In this document: piece by piece, positions 23,234-31,827 of the stretch
How positions within the stretch are numbered: the first letter of the stretch is position 1
How the letters are laid out: every line of letters begins with the position of its first letter
Source of the DNA: Oscillospiraceae bacterium
GTDB lineage: Bacteria; Bacillota; Clostridia; Oscillospirales; Oscillospiraceae
NCBI GenBank assembly: GCA_050943775.1
Contig: JBMNPV010000002.1
Coordinates: 1,132 to 65,131, forward strand
Length of the DNA: 64,000 nt
Direction: 5' to 3'
The notes under the pieces: model-generated
Told to the model about the DNA's origin: nothing
The model's input: the letters and a program-made list of their open reading frames with translations, nothing else
Database searches by the model: none
Made by a program: the position numbers and the translations under genes

Positions 23234-24404
23234 TGTCGCTCACCTCCCCACCCGGAAGATCGGGATCACCCGCGTCTCCACCGGTCTTTTGTCTTCGTCC
23301 GAAGATCTTTTCAACATCGAACTCCTTGTCTCCCATGATACCCTTGCGCCAGAAGAGCACAACGCACATGATGATGACGGAGAATACGACAAGACGGAAA
23401 CCGTTGCGGAAAAGTCCGGGCGCGGTAATGCCGAGGAAAGTGCCGCTGTCAAGGCCGCGGAGCCACCACTCCGAGCAAGCGACATAGAGGAAAGCGCCGA
23501 TGCAGCTGCCCGTGATGGAACCAAGGCCGCCGAGTATGACGATCAGCAGAATTTCATAGGTCATTGCGGAGTTGTAAACAGAAGCCTTGACGGTCGCCTG
23601 ATACATGACGAGCAGTGCGCCGCCGATGCCCGCAAAGAACGAGCTTGTGCAAAACGAGAGCATCTTGTGTTTTGCTAGATTGATGCCCATGGCCTCCGCG
23701 GCGACTTCGTCATCACGAATCGCCTTAAAGGCGCGGCCATAAGAGGAGTTTATGAGCAGCACAATGATTGCAATACAAATGCCGCAGATCAGAACCGGCA
23801 TCAGGGTCGTGAGGAAAGTCGGCAGCCACTTGACATTTTTACACGCCTCATTGAAGCCGGGCGAAGATGTGCGCCAATTGGCAACGATCGACTCGAAGGT
23901 CGCAAATTTGCGGAGCATATTCGACGCGTTTGTGATTGGGCCGAGCGTGTTCCACTGCACGATGGCGCGGATGATCTCGGCAAAGCCAAGCGTTGCGATT
24001 GCGAGGTAATCGGATTTCAGACGCAGGACCGGCAGACCGATGATATAGGCAAAGCCCGCCGCAACGAGTCCCGCGAGGATCAGCGCAACGAGGACAGGCA
24101 GATTTGTGTGGATCGCGCCGCCGTCAAAGTACATATAGACCGATGCGCGGTCGGCATCCGGGATCGTGAAGATGGCATAGGTGTAAGCGCCAATGAGCAT
24201 AAAGCCCGCCTGCCCAAGGGAAAACAGACCCGTAAAGCCGTTTGTAAGGTTCATGGAAACGGCGACAAGCGCATAGATCGCGCCCTTGCGGACGACCGGG
24301 AAGATCATCGACGTTGGGGGCAGGAACATGCTCTCGAGCAGGATTACAAGGAGCAGGGCCAGAATAAGCCCGAGATTTATGAGGAGCTTTGTTGATCTTT
24401 TCAT
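23226..24404 (-). CDS. livM: branched-chain amino acid ABC transporter permease
   Basis: 392-aa polytopic membrane protein of the LivM type. It overlaps livG by 8 nt. Confidence 0.85.
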   Translation of the reverse strand: MKRSTKLLINLGLILALLLVILLESMFLPPTSMIFPVVRKGAIYALVAVSMNLTNGFTGLFSLGQAGFMLIGAYTYAIFTIPDADRASVYMYFDGGAIHTNLPVLVALILAGLVAAGFAYIIGLPVLRLKSDYLAIATLGFAEIIRAIVQWNTLGPITNASNMLRKFATFESIVANWRTSSPGFNEACKNVKWLPTFLTTLMPVLICGICIAIIVLLINSSYGRAFKAIRDDEVAAEAMGINLAKHKMLSFCTSSFFAGIGGALLVMYQATVKASVYNSAMTYEILLIVILGGLGSITGSCIGAFLYVACSEWWLRGLDSGTFLGITAPGLFRNGFRLVVFSVIIMCVVLFWRKGIMGDKEFDVEKIFGRRQKTGGDAGDPDLPGGEVSDNG

Positions 24405-24416
24405 TTTTTGCCCCCC

Positions 24417-25340
24417 TTAGACCTTGTCTGTCTGCTTCTCACCGAACAAGCCGGTGGGACGCACGAGCAGAATGACGATGAGAAGAACGAAGGTAAACGC
24501 ATCCGAGAAAGTTGCGAGATTCAGCGGCTGTGTCACAACGCCCGCCGAAACGAGCAAGGTATCGAGTCCCTTGATTATGCTCTCGCATATGCCGATGATA
24601 AACGCGCCCACGACCGCTCCCGGTATGGAGCCGATGCCTCCGAATACCGCTGCGACGAAGCACTTGAGTCCGGGCATCGCGCCGGAGGTCGGCACAACGC
24701 CGGGATAGTTCGTAAAGTAGAGCATGGAGCCGACTGCGGCAAGCAGCGAGCCGATGACAAAGGTCATCGAAATGACGCTGTCGATCTTGATCCCCATGAG
24801 CTGTGCCGTTTCAAAGTCACGGGAGACAGCACGCATGGCCATACCCATTTTTGTATGGTTGATAAACAGAACCAAAATAATGACGAGGATAATCGTCAGA
24901 ATCGGCGTGATGATGGTCACGCGCTTTGTAACGGCGCCCGCGATGTGGATCGTATCGGAGAGCCACGGGATGGACGGATAGTTTTTGTTCAGGCCGCCGG
25001 TGACATAGAGCGCAAGATTTTGCAAAAGGTAACTCACACCGATGGCGGAAATCATAATGGACATACGCGGCGCGGTACGCAGAGGCTTATAAGCTGCGCG
25101 CTCGATTACAAAGCCGAGCAGGACCGTCAGAACGATCATAAGCGGAATGGATATGTACAGCGGCAGATCCGCCGCGAGATAAACCATCATCAGACCGGCG
25201 ACCATGAACACATCGCCGTGCGCAAAGTTTATCAGGCGCAGAATGCCGTAAACCATCGTATAGCCAATGGCGATCAGCGCGTACTGTCCGCCGACGGATA
25301 TTCCCGAAAGAATATACGGCAGGACTTCGGAAAAGCTCAT
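24417..25340 (-). CDS. livH: branched-chain amino acid ABC transporter permease
   Basis: 307-aa LivH-type permease (INFAHGDVFM motif). Confidence 0.85.
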   Translation of the reverse strand: MSFSEVLPYILSGISVGGQYALIAIGYTMVYGILRLINFAHGDVFMVAGLMMVYLAADLPLYISIPLMIVLTVLLGFVIERAAYKPLRTAPRMSIMISAIGVSYLLQNLALYVTGGLNKNYPSIPWLSDTIHIAGAVTKRVTIITPILTIILVIILVLFINHTKMGMAMRAVSRDFETAQLMGIKIDSVISMTFVIGSLLAAVGSMLYFTNYPGVVPTSGAMPGLKCFVAAVFGGIGSIPGAVVGAFIIGICESIIKGLDTLLVSAGVVTQPLNLATFSDAFTFVLLIVILLVRPTGLFGEKQTDKV

Positions 25341-25359
25341 TCAGGGACCCCCTCATTGC

Positions 25360-25473
25360 GGGCTGTCTCGAAAGAGAGCGAGTGTCGCGCTCTTTCGAGG
25401 CAGCCCAGTTTAAAAGATCAGATTTGTCTGTAAAGCAGGCCTAAGACGGTTTGGCGGGGGCCAAGCCCCCGCC
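25360..25473 (-). promoter_or_regulatory. two strong hairpins in the livJ-livH intercistronic spacer (partial terminator / mRNA stabiliser)
   Basis: Hairpin 25360..25406 has a ~20-bp imperfect stem. Hairpin 25453..25473 is ggcgggggc-caa-gcccccgcc. Neither is followed by a clear U-tract on the minus strand. Confidence 0.5.
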
Positions 25474-25497
25474 TTGCCGCAAATTATGTTCGTTTGC

Positions 25498-26709
25498 TTA
25501 TTTTGCTTTCTGAACGCCGACGAACTCCCATGCGCCGGTATCGGTGTTTGCCATCTTGACATAGGCCGAATCGCGGACTGCGTCGCCGTTGGTCGTGTCA
25601 AACTTGATCTCGCCGGAAACGCCGGTGTAAACAACATTCCACAGCGCCTCGTTGACAGCGGCAGGATCAGTGGAACCCGCTGCCTTGAGAGCCTCAAGCG
25701 CTACAAAGTAAGCATCGTAACCCATTGCGGAAACTGCCGCGATCGTGTCGTCGCCGCCGTTGTTGGCAAGTGCCGTCTTGTCGGAATTGAGCCATTCTCT
25801 AAAGCCGTCGTCGAATTCCTTGTTGCCGCCTTCCTGATAGAAGGTGGTGACATAGAGCTTGAGGTCTTTGCCCTTGATGGCGTTGAGGATGACGTTGGAA
25901 TCCCAAGTGTCGCCCGCGAGCATCGGGATGGTCAGACCATCGGAGCTTGCGCGGTCAATGATGAGCGCCGCGGAATCGGTGGAGCAGGGAGCAAAGAAAA
26001 CGTCGCAGCCCTGGCTCTTGGCATTTGCTATGTAAGAAGAGAAGTCCGAGTTGCCGGTCGGGAAGCTCTCGGAAACGACGGTGCCGCCGAGGGCCTCAAA
26101 CGCCTGCTGGAAGTATTTGCAGAGACCGACAGAGTAGTCGTCGCCGAGTTCGGACAGGCAGTATGCCTTTTTGGCCTTGAACTGATCGGCCGCGAAGTTT
26201 GCAAGGACCGTGCCCTGGAACGGATCGAGGAAGCAGATGCGGAAATAGTGGGTGTTGCCCTCCGTTACCTGCGGGTTGGTGCAGGTGACGCCGATCGCGG
26301 GAATACCTGCGTTTTTAAAGGTATCGGATGCGGCGATGCAGACCGAAGAACCGTAGGAACCGAGGACGCAGGAGACACCGGCGTCAACCAGAGTCTGGGC
26401 CGCGGACGGAGCCTTGTCTTCAACAGACTGGTTGTCTGCCGAAACGAGCTCGACCTGATAGGTCTTGCCGCCGATCTCGACCGTCGGCTGCATCTTGTTG
26501 GCATACTGCATACCGAGGGCTTCCTGCTTGCCGCCGGCGCCGTTCTTGCCGGATGCCGGCTCAAACACGCCGATCTTGATGACGTCGCCGCTTGTGGCTG
26601 CGGCATCGCCGCTCGCCGCGGGGGAGCTTTCGCTCGTGGAGCTTCCGCAGCCCGCGAAGAGGCTGACCAGAAGCGCGCAGGACAGAATGAGACAAAGTTT
26701 CTTTTTCAT
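25498..26709 (-). CDS. livJ: branched-chain amino acid ABC transporter substrate-binding lipoprotein
   Basis: 403 aa. Lipobox LFAGCGSS. Type-I PBP of the Leu/Ile/Val-binding family. RBS GGAGGAAATGAA. Confidence 0.85.
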   Translation of the reverse strand: MKKKLCLILSCALLVSLFAGCGSSTSESSPAASGDAAATSGDVIKIGVFEPASGKNGAGGKQEALGMQYANKMQPTVEIGGKTYQVELVSADNQSVEDKAPSAAQTLVDAGVSCVLGSYGSSVCIAASDTFKNAGIPAIGVTCTNPQVTEGNTHYFRICFLDPFQGTVLANFAADQFKAKKAYCLSELGDDYSVGLCKYFQQAFEALGGTVVSESFPTGNSDFSSYIANAKSQGCDVFFAPCSTDSAALIIDRASSDGLTIPMLAGDTWDSNVILNAIKGKDLKLYVTTFYQEGGNKEFDDGFREWLNSDKTALANNGGDDTIAAVSAMGYDAYFVALEALKAAGSTDPAAVNEALWNVVYTGVSGEIKFDTTNGDAVRDSAYVKMANTDTGAWEFVGVQKAK

Positions 26710-26790
26710 TTCATTTCCTCCGATTATTATCCCTGGTTTTCATTGTGTCTTTGACGCGCGGACATACGTCCGCGGTCAATCATGTTTAGT

Positions 26791-26819
26791 ATTATAGCGC
26801 AGTAGATTGTTAATTGCAA
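26791..26819 (-). promoter_or_regulatory. sigma-70-type promoter of the liv operon (TTGCAA-N17-TATAAT)
   Basis: Minus strand: TTGCAA (26819..26814), 17-nt spacer, TATAAT (26796..26791). The 5' UTR is ~75 nt and contains a gaccgcggac/gtccgcgcgtc hairpin. Confidence 0.65.
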
Positions 26820-27337
26820 GAATTATTCTTGTATTATTCACAATATTTTGTGTTTTTTTAGCGAATTTTTGAGCAGGCGCGCTCCCTGTTGTCCGGCCGA
26901 TGCCTCTCATTCCTTTGCGCACGTGTTCGTACATGGCAAATATTGTCCGTCTTTCCATTGTGGTCCTTTGTTCACCTCCCGCCAACAAATTCATCAGTGA
27001 AAAGAAACAAATCCTTCATTCTTTTTTCCGTATTTCATTTGTCAGCATCGCGCATGAATCTCCTTATGTAAACTTACATAAAATCTTGCAAAAAGAAAAG
27101 TACTGTTACAGGTTTTGTTATATATTGGTATTTATTCGCGTTTTGCCCTCACTGTCTTTTCGTTTCGATGTTGATAACTCTGTTGAAAGTGTTGTTAACT
27201 TTTTTGAGCCTATGGTTTTCTACATACTTATGTAAACTTTTGATTCATTTTTTCGACCCTGCAAAAACGAAATTCAAGCCGCTCATTCCGTCGTTTTTGC
27301 ACAGAAAATTGACATGTGTTAAATCTATGCAATTCTA

Positions 27338-27378
27338 TTGACAGCGGCGAAAGAAGTGATATGATATTGATATCATAT
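27338..27378 (+). promoter_or_regulatory. promoter of the ABC exporter (TTGACA-N16-TGaTATGAT) overlapped by a perfect 9-2-9 palindrome
   Basis: TTGACA 27338..27343 and TATGAT 27360..27365. The palindrome ATATGATAT-TG-ATATCATAT spans 27359..27378. Confidence 0.6.
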
Positions 27379-27434
27379 TGATTATGCAATCTCGGTACAC
27401 CTCTGCGGGCCCCCGCGTGAAAGGAAGGACATAT

Positions 27435-28148
27435 ATGTTAAAAATCGAAGGTCTCACGAAAATCTACGGCAATCGTGCCGCTGTGGACAAACTCAGTCTC
27501 AGCATACAGCCCGGCGAAATCTACGGCTTCATCGGCCACAACGGCGCCGGAAAAACGACGACCATCAAATGCTGCTGCGGCATCCTCCGTTTTGAACAGG
27601 GCGAAATTGAAATCGATGGTGTATCTATTAAAAAAGATCCGCTCACCTGTAAGCAGATGCTCGCCTACATACCGGACAATCCGGACATATATCCGTTCAT
27701 GTCCGGCATTGCCTATCTGAATTTCGTCGCGGATATTTTCGGCGTTTCGGCAGCGGATCGTCAAGCGCGCATCCGCAAATATGCCGATCTTTTTGATCTG
27801 ACGGATGATCTCGCGCAGCCCGTTTCCTCCTACTCACACGGCATGAAGCAAAAGCTCGCCATCATCGCGGCATTTCTGCACCAGCCCAAGCTCATCATCA
27901 TGGACGAACCCTTTGTCGGCCTTGACCCAATCGCCGCGCACACTTTAAAGGAACTCATGCGCGAGCACTGCGACAAGGGCGGGGCGATCTTCTTCTCCAC
28001 GCATGTTCTGGAGGTGGCTGAAAAGCTCTGCGACAAGGTCGCTATCATCAAGGAAGGGCGGCTCATTGCCTCCGGCACCATGGAGGAGGTCAAAGGTGAT
28101 TCCTCACTGGAGGACGTCTTTCTTGAACTGGAGGGCGACGAAAAATGA
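27435..28148 (+). CDS. ABC transporter ATP-binding protein (ABC-2 / exporter type)
   Basis: Start placed at MLKIEGLTKIYGN (ATG 27435) with AAAGGAAGG upstream. Contains GHNGAGKTT, YSHGMKQKL and IIMDEPFVGLD. Confidence 0.9.
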   Translation: MLKIEGLTKIYGNRAAVDKLSLSIQPGEIYGFIGHNGAGKTTTIKCCCGILRFEQGEIEIDGVSIKKDPLTCKQMLAYIPDNPDIYPFMSGIAYLNFVADIFGVSAADRQARIRKYADLFDLTDDLAQPVSSYSHGMKQKLAIIAAFLHQPKLIIMDEPFVGLDPIAAHTLKELMREHCDKGGAIFFSTHVLEVAEKLCDKVAIIKEGRLIASGTMEEVKGDSSLEDVFLELEGDEK

Positions 28149-29752
28149 AAAAACCGTCGATTTTTATGACCCTTTTTAAGGTGCGTTTACAGGCTGCACT
28201 CGTCGGCTTTTCCGGCGGCGCAAGCGGGAAAAAGCGCTCCAAGGGCAAAACCGCTCTCTTTGCCCTGCTGATGCTCTACGTCTACGGCATCTTTTTCATG
28301 ATGTTCATGAACTTTTTCAGTGCACTTGCCGCGCCGCTGCATGCAGCCGGCCTTGACTGGCTGTATTTCACGCTCTTTGGTCTGACCGCATTCTGCATCA
28401 TGTTTATTCTCAGTGTATTTGCCACAAAGACGCAGCTCTATGACGCAACGGACAATGAGCTTCTGCTCTCCATGCCGGTGCAGCCGGGTTCCATTCTCGC
28501 CTCGCGCATGGCGATCCTGCTGCTTTCAAATTTCCTCGGTGCTGCTATGATCGGCATTCCGGCCATCGTGATGTGGCGCAGGGCAGCGGAGATGTCCGGG
28601 GGCGGACTGACCGCTTTCATCCTTCTTCTTCTCGCCCTGCCGTTTTTTGCGCTTGCAGTGGCGAGTCTGATCGGCTGGCTGATCGCGCTGTCTACGGACA
28701 GAGTCCGAAACAAATCTCTGATGACCGTCATCATAACCCTTGTCTTTCTCGGAGTTTACTTCGTGCTGGTCGCACGTGCAAATGTCTATCTCCAAAAGCT
28801 GATTGCCAGCAAGGACCTCATCGCCGCTTCGCTCGGCAAAAACGCGCCGCTATACTGGTTCGGCAACGCCATCGCCGGACCAAGCCTTCCGCAGCTTCTC
28901 TGGTCCCTGCTGATTCTGCTTCTTCCCTTTCTCATTGTGTACATCGTTCTCTCAAAGACCTTTATTTCTGTCGCAACAAAAAGCCGCGGCGCGGCGAAGG
29001 TCCAATACCGCGAACGCTCCATGCATGAAACGCCGGTCGGCAAGGCGCTTTTGCAGCGGGAGAAAAAGCGCCTGTTCTCCTCCCCCGTCTATCTGATCAA
29101 CGCGGGACTCGGCGTTCTCTTCCTGTATGTCGGCGGCGCGGCACTTTTGATCGAGCAAAAGAAGCTTCTCTCCGCGCTCTCCGCTTTAACGCTCACAGGC
29201 GAACAGCTCGCGGTATTTGCGGTTCTTGCCATCGGCTTAATTACGGCCATGGTGCTCTTCACGGCGCCGTCTGTCTCACTGGAGGGCAAGACAATCTGGA
29301 TCATCAAGTCGCTGCCGCTGACGCCGCAGCAGATCCTCGCGGCAAAGCTCCGGCTCCATCGCCGGGCAACGCTGCCGGCCGTCCTCTTTTTGTCGCTCGT
29401 CTGCGTGTTCACGCTGGACATTCCCGCAGCTCTTGTGCCGGGGCTTCTGGTCACGCCCTGCCTCATCGTTTATCTGAGCTCCTCTCTCGGCCTCATTGCC
29501 GGATTGCAGCACGCAAACCTTGAGTGGATCAACGAAACACAGGTTGTAAAGCAGGGCATGGCGATCCTGCTGGCGATGCTTTTCTCGTTTTTGCTGGTGC
29601 TCGTGCCGTTTCTCCTCTTTGCACTCTCGACACTCTCGCAGTGTCCGGTCATTTTTCTCTATGCCTATATGGCGCTGCTCGCCCTGGGTACATACCTGAG
29701 CGACAAATGGGTCTTTACAAAAGGCGCCGAGGTATTTGATACGCTCGGCTGA
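28145..29752 (+). CDS. large polytopic membrane protein, putative ABC exporter permease partner
   Basis: 535 aa with at least 10 hydrophobic segments. It overlaps the ATPase gene by 4 nt (ATGA), implying translational coupling. I recognise no catalytic motif. Confidence 0.7.
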   Translation: MKKPSIFMTLFKVRLQAALVGFSGGASGKKRSKGKTALFALLMLYVYGIFFMMFMNFFSALAAPLHAAGLDWLYFTLFGLTAFCIMFILSVFATKTQLYDATDNELLLSMPVQPGSILASRMAILLLSNFLGAAMIGIPAIVMWRRAAEMSGGGLTAFILLLLALPFFALAVASLIGWLIALSTDRVRNKSLMTVIITLVFLGVYFVLVARANVYLQKLIASKDLIAASLGKNAPLYWFGNAIAGPSLPQLLWSLLILLLPFLIVYIVLSKTFISVATKSRGAAKVQYRERSMHETPVGKALLQREKKRLFSSPVYLINAGLGVLFLYVGGAALLIEQKKLLSALSALTLTGEQLAVFAVLAIGLITAMVLFTAPSVSLEGKTIWIIKSLPLTPQQILAAKLRLHRRATLPAVLFLSLVCVFTLDIPAALVPGLLVTPCLIVYLSSSLGLIAGLQHANLEWINETQVVKQGMAILLAMLFSFLLVLVPFLLFALSTLSQCPVIFLYAYMALLALGTYLSDKWVFTKGAEVFDTLG

Positions 29753-29761
29753 AAAATGCTC

Positions 29762-29803
29762 GCAAAAGGCGCGTCTCCCAAAATAGGGAGGCGCGCCTTT
29801 TGC
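29762..29803. terminator. bidirectional terminator between the convergent ABC permease and oppF genes
   Basis: 18-bp stem gcaaaaggcgcgtctccc / gggaggcgcgccttttgc (one mismatch). Confidence 0.8.
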
Positions 29804-29817
29804 GTCGTGTTATGGCT

Positions 29818-30747
29818 TTATTTTGTCCACTTTTCAAATTCCTCGTCGGTCGCAAGAACATAGTGTGTACCTTCCAGGTGATGCCGGGTGCCGATATTGT
29901 AGTCAACGCCGGCCTCCTTGTAGTTGTAGGACATGGCGACGCGGGTCTTTTCCGTGCGCGGATTCGGGATCGGGATTGCCGAAAGCAGGCTCTTCGTATA
30001 AGGGTGAACGGGGTTGGAGAAGATCTCCTGCGTCGTGCCCGTTTCAACCAGATGGCCCATGTGCAGAACGCCGATGCGCTCGGAGATATACTTGACCATC
30101 GAAAGGTCGTGCGCAATGAAAAGATATGCCGTTCCCGTTTCACTTTGAATATCTTTCATGAGGTTCACGACCTGCGCCTGAATGGATACATCGAGCGCAG
30201 AGATGCACTCGTCGGCGACGATCAGCTTCGGGTTCATAACAAGCGCGCGGGCAATGCCGACGCGCTGGCGCTGACCGCCGGAGAACTGGTGCGGATAGCG
30301 CTCGGCATGTTCCGGCGCCAGACCGACCTTCAGAAGAATGTCGGCGACCATGTCGGCGCGTTCCTGACGGCTGCTGTAAACATGGTGGATGTCAAGGCCC
30401 TGCGCGATGATGTCCTCCACCTTCTTGCGGGGATTGAGACAGGCCATCGGGTCTTGAAAAATCATCTGCATCTCCGTCCGAAGCTTCTCGTCCGTTTTTT
30501 TGTTGAGCTTGCCGGAGATGTCCATACCGTCGAACTTGATCGTTCCGGCGGTCGGGTCATAGAGACGGATAATGCTGCGTCCGATCGTGGACTTGCCGGA
30601 ACCGGACTCGCCAACGAGTCCGTAAGTCTCGCCGGGCTTTATAGCGAACGTGACGTCATCTACCGCCCGAACGGTAAAATTGTTGTTAATTCTGAAATAC
30701 TGCTTGAGACCGCTGACCTCAAGAAGCGGCTTTTTTTCTTCCGCCAT
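29818..30747 (-). CDS. oppF: oligopeptide/dipeptide ABC transporter ATP-binding protein
   Basis: 309 aa, GESGSGKST, with an oligopeptide-type C-terminal extension. Confidence 0.9.
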   Translation of the reverse strand: MAEEKKPLLEVSGLKQYFRINNNFTVRAVDDVTFAIKPGETYGLVGESGSGKSTIGRSIIRLYDPTAGTIKFDGMDISGKLNKKTDEKLRTEMQMIFQDPMACLNPRKKVEDIIAQGLDIHHVYSSRQERADMVADILLKVGLAPEHAERYPHQFSGGQRQRVGIARALVMNPKLIVADECISALDVSIQAQVVNLMKDIQSETGTAYLFIAHDLSMVKYISERIGVLHMGHLVETGTTQEIFSNPVHPYTKSLLSAIPIPNPRTEKTRVAMSYNYKEAGVDYNIGTRHHLEGTHYVLATDEEFEKWTK

Positions 30748-30748
30748 A

Positions 30749-31819
30749 TCACTCGGCCTCCTTTTTCATGCGTTCAATGCGCTCCCGCAGTTCGACCGGC
30801 ATTTCGACCTTCGGTGCACGGGGGTCGAGAAGCCAGGTCGCCGCATAGTGCGTGTCACTGATCTGAAACATGGGCGGCTCGGCACGCTCGTCGATCTTGA
30901 GCGCGTAAATATTGCGGGGTGCAAAGGCGTCGCCCTGGATTTTGTTTTTGAGGTTCGGGGGCGAACCGGGAATCGTATAGAGGCGATTGTCGTTCGTGTC
31001 CAAATCCGGCATGGCGGACAAAAGGCCCCATGTGTACGGGTGGCGGGGATCGAAATAAATCTCATCGACCGTGCCCTTTTCGACGATTTTTCCGGCATAC
31101 ATGACGTTCACAAAGTCTGCGACTTTGGCGACGATGCCGAGGTCGTGGGTAATGTAGATGACAGAGATGCCGCGCTCCTGCTGGATGCGCTGTATAAGTT
31201 CGATGATCTTTGCCTGAATAGTGACGTCAAGCGCCGTGGTCGGTTCGTCGCAGATCAGAAGCTCCGGGTCGCAGGCGAGCGCAATGGCGATGACGACGCG
31301 CTGCCGCATACCGCCGGATAGCTGGTGGGGATACTGCTTCATCCGCTTTTCGGGTTCGGTCAGACCGACTTCCTCCAAAAGCTCAAGCGCTCTTGCGTAA
31401 GCTTCGTCCTTCGGCGTGTTGTAGTGCCAGATCATGCCCTCCATGATCTGCTTGCCGATGGTCATGGTCGGATCAAGACTCGTCATCGGGTCCTGAAAAA
31501 TCATGGCCATACGCTTGCCGTTGATACGGCGGCGCATCTCCTGCTTGGAGAGACTGAGAATATCCACCGTCACGGGATCTTCGCCGCGGTGATAGGTGAA
31601 TTTGATGCTGCCGCTGTTGATGACGGCATTTTTGTCGAGTATGCCCATGGTAGCCTTCATCGTCACGGACTTGCCGCTGCCGGATTCGCCGACGATGGCA
31701 AGCGTCTCGCCCTTGCAGAGGTCGAGATCGACGCTGCGGATGGCGTTGACGACGCCCGAGCTGGACTGGAAGGAAACCGACAGGTCCCGAATTTCTAAAA
31801 TCTTTTCTTTATCGCTCAT
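30749..31819 (-). CDS. oppD: oligopeptide/dipeptide ABC transporter ATP-binding protein
   Basis: GESGSGKSV, LSGGMRQRV. Start placed at MSDKEKILEIRD (ATG 31819) with GAGG 6 nt upstream. The ORF-track start is 31831. Confidence 0.9.
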   Translation of the reverse strand: MSDKEKILEIRDLSVSFQSSSGVVNAIRSVDLDLCKGETLAIVGESGSGKSVTMKATMGILDKNAVINSGSIKFTYHRGEDPVTVDILSLSKQEMRRRINGKRMAMIFQDPMTSLDPTMTIGKQIMEGMIWHYNTPKDEAYARALELLEEVGLTEPEKRMKQYPHQLSGGMRQRVVIAIALACDPELLICDEPTTALDVTIQAKIIELIQRIQQERGISVIYITHDLGIVAKVADFVNVMYAGKIVEKGTVDEIYFDPRHPYTWGLLSAMPDLDTNDNRLYTIPGSPPNLKNKIQGDAFAPRNIYALKIDERAEPPMFQISDTHYAATWLLDPRAPKVEMPVELRERIERMKKEAE

Positions 31820-31827
31820 GCCGCGCC

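Noticed and set aside
26900-27235. 111-aa + strand ORF in the long liv/exporter intergenic region
   Set aside because: It lies in AT-rich, palindrome-rich DNA, has no RBS, shows implausible composition and runs through several symmetric elements.
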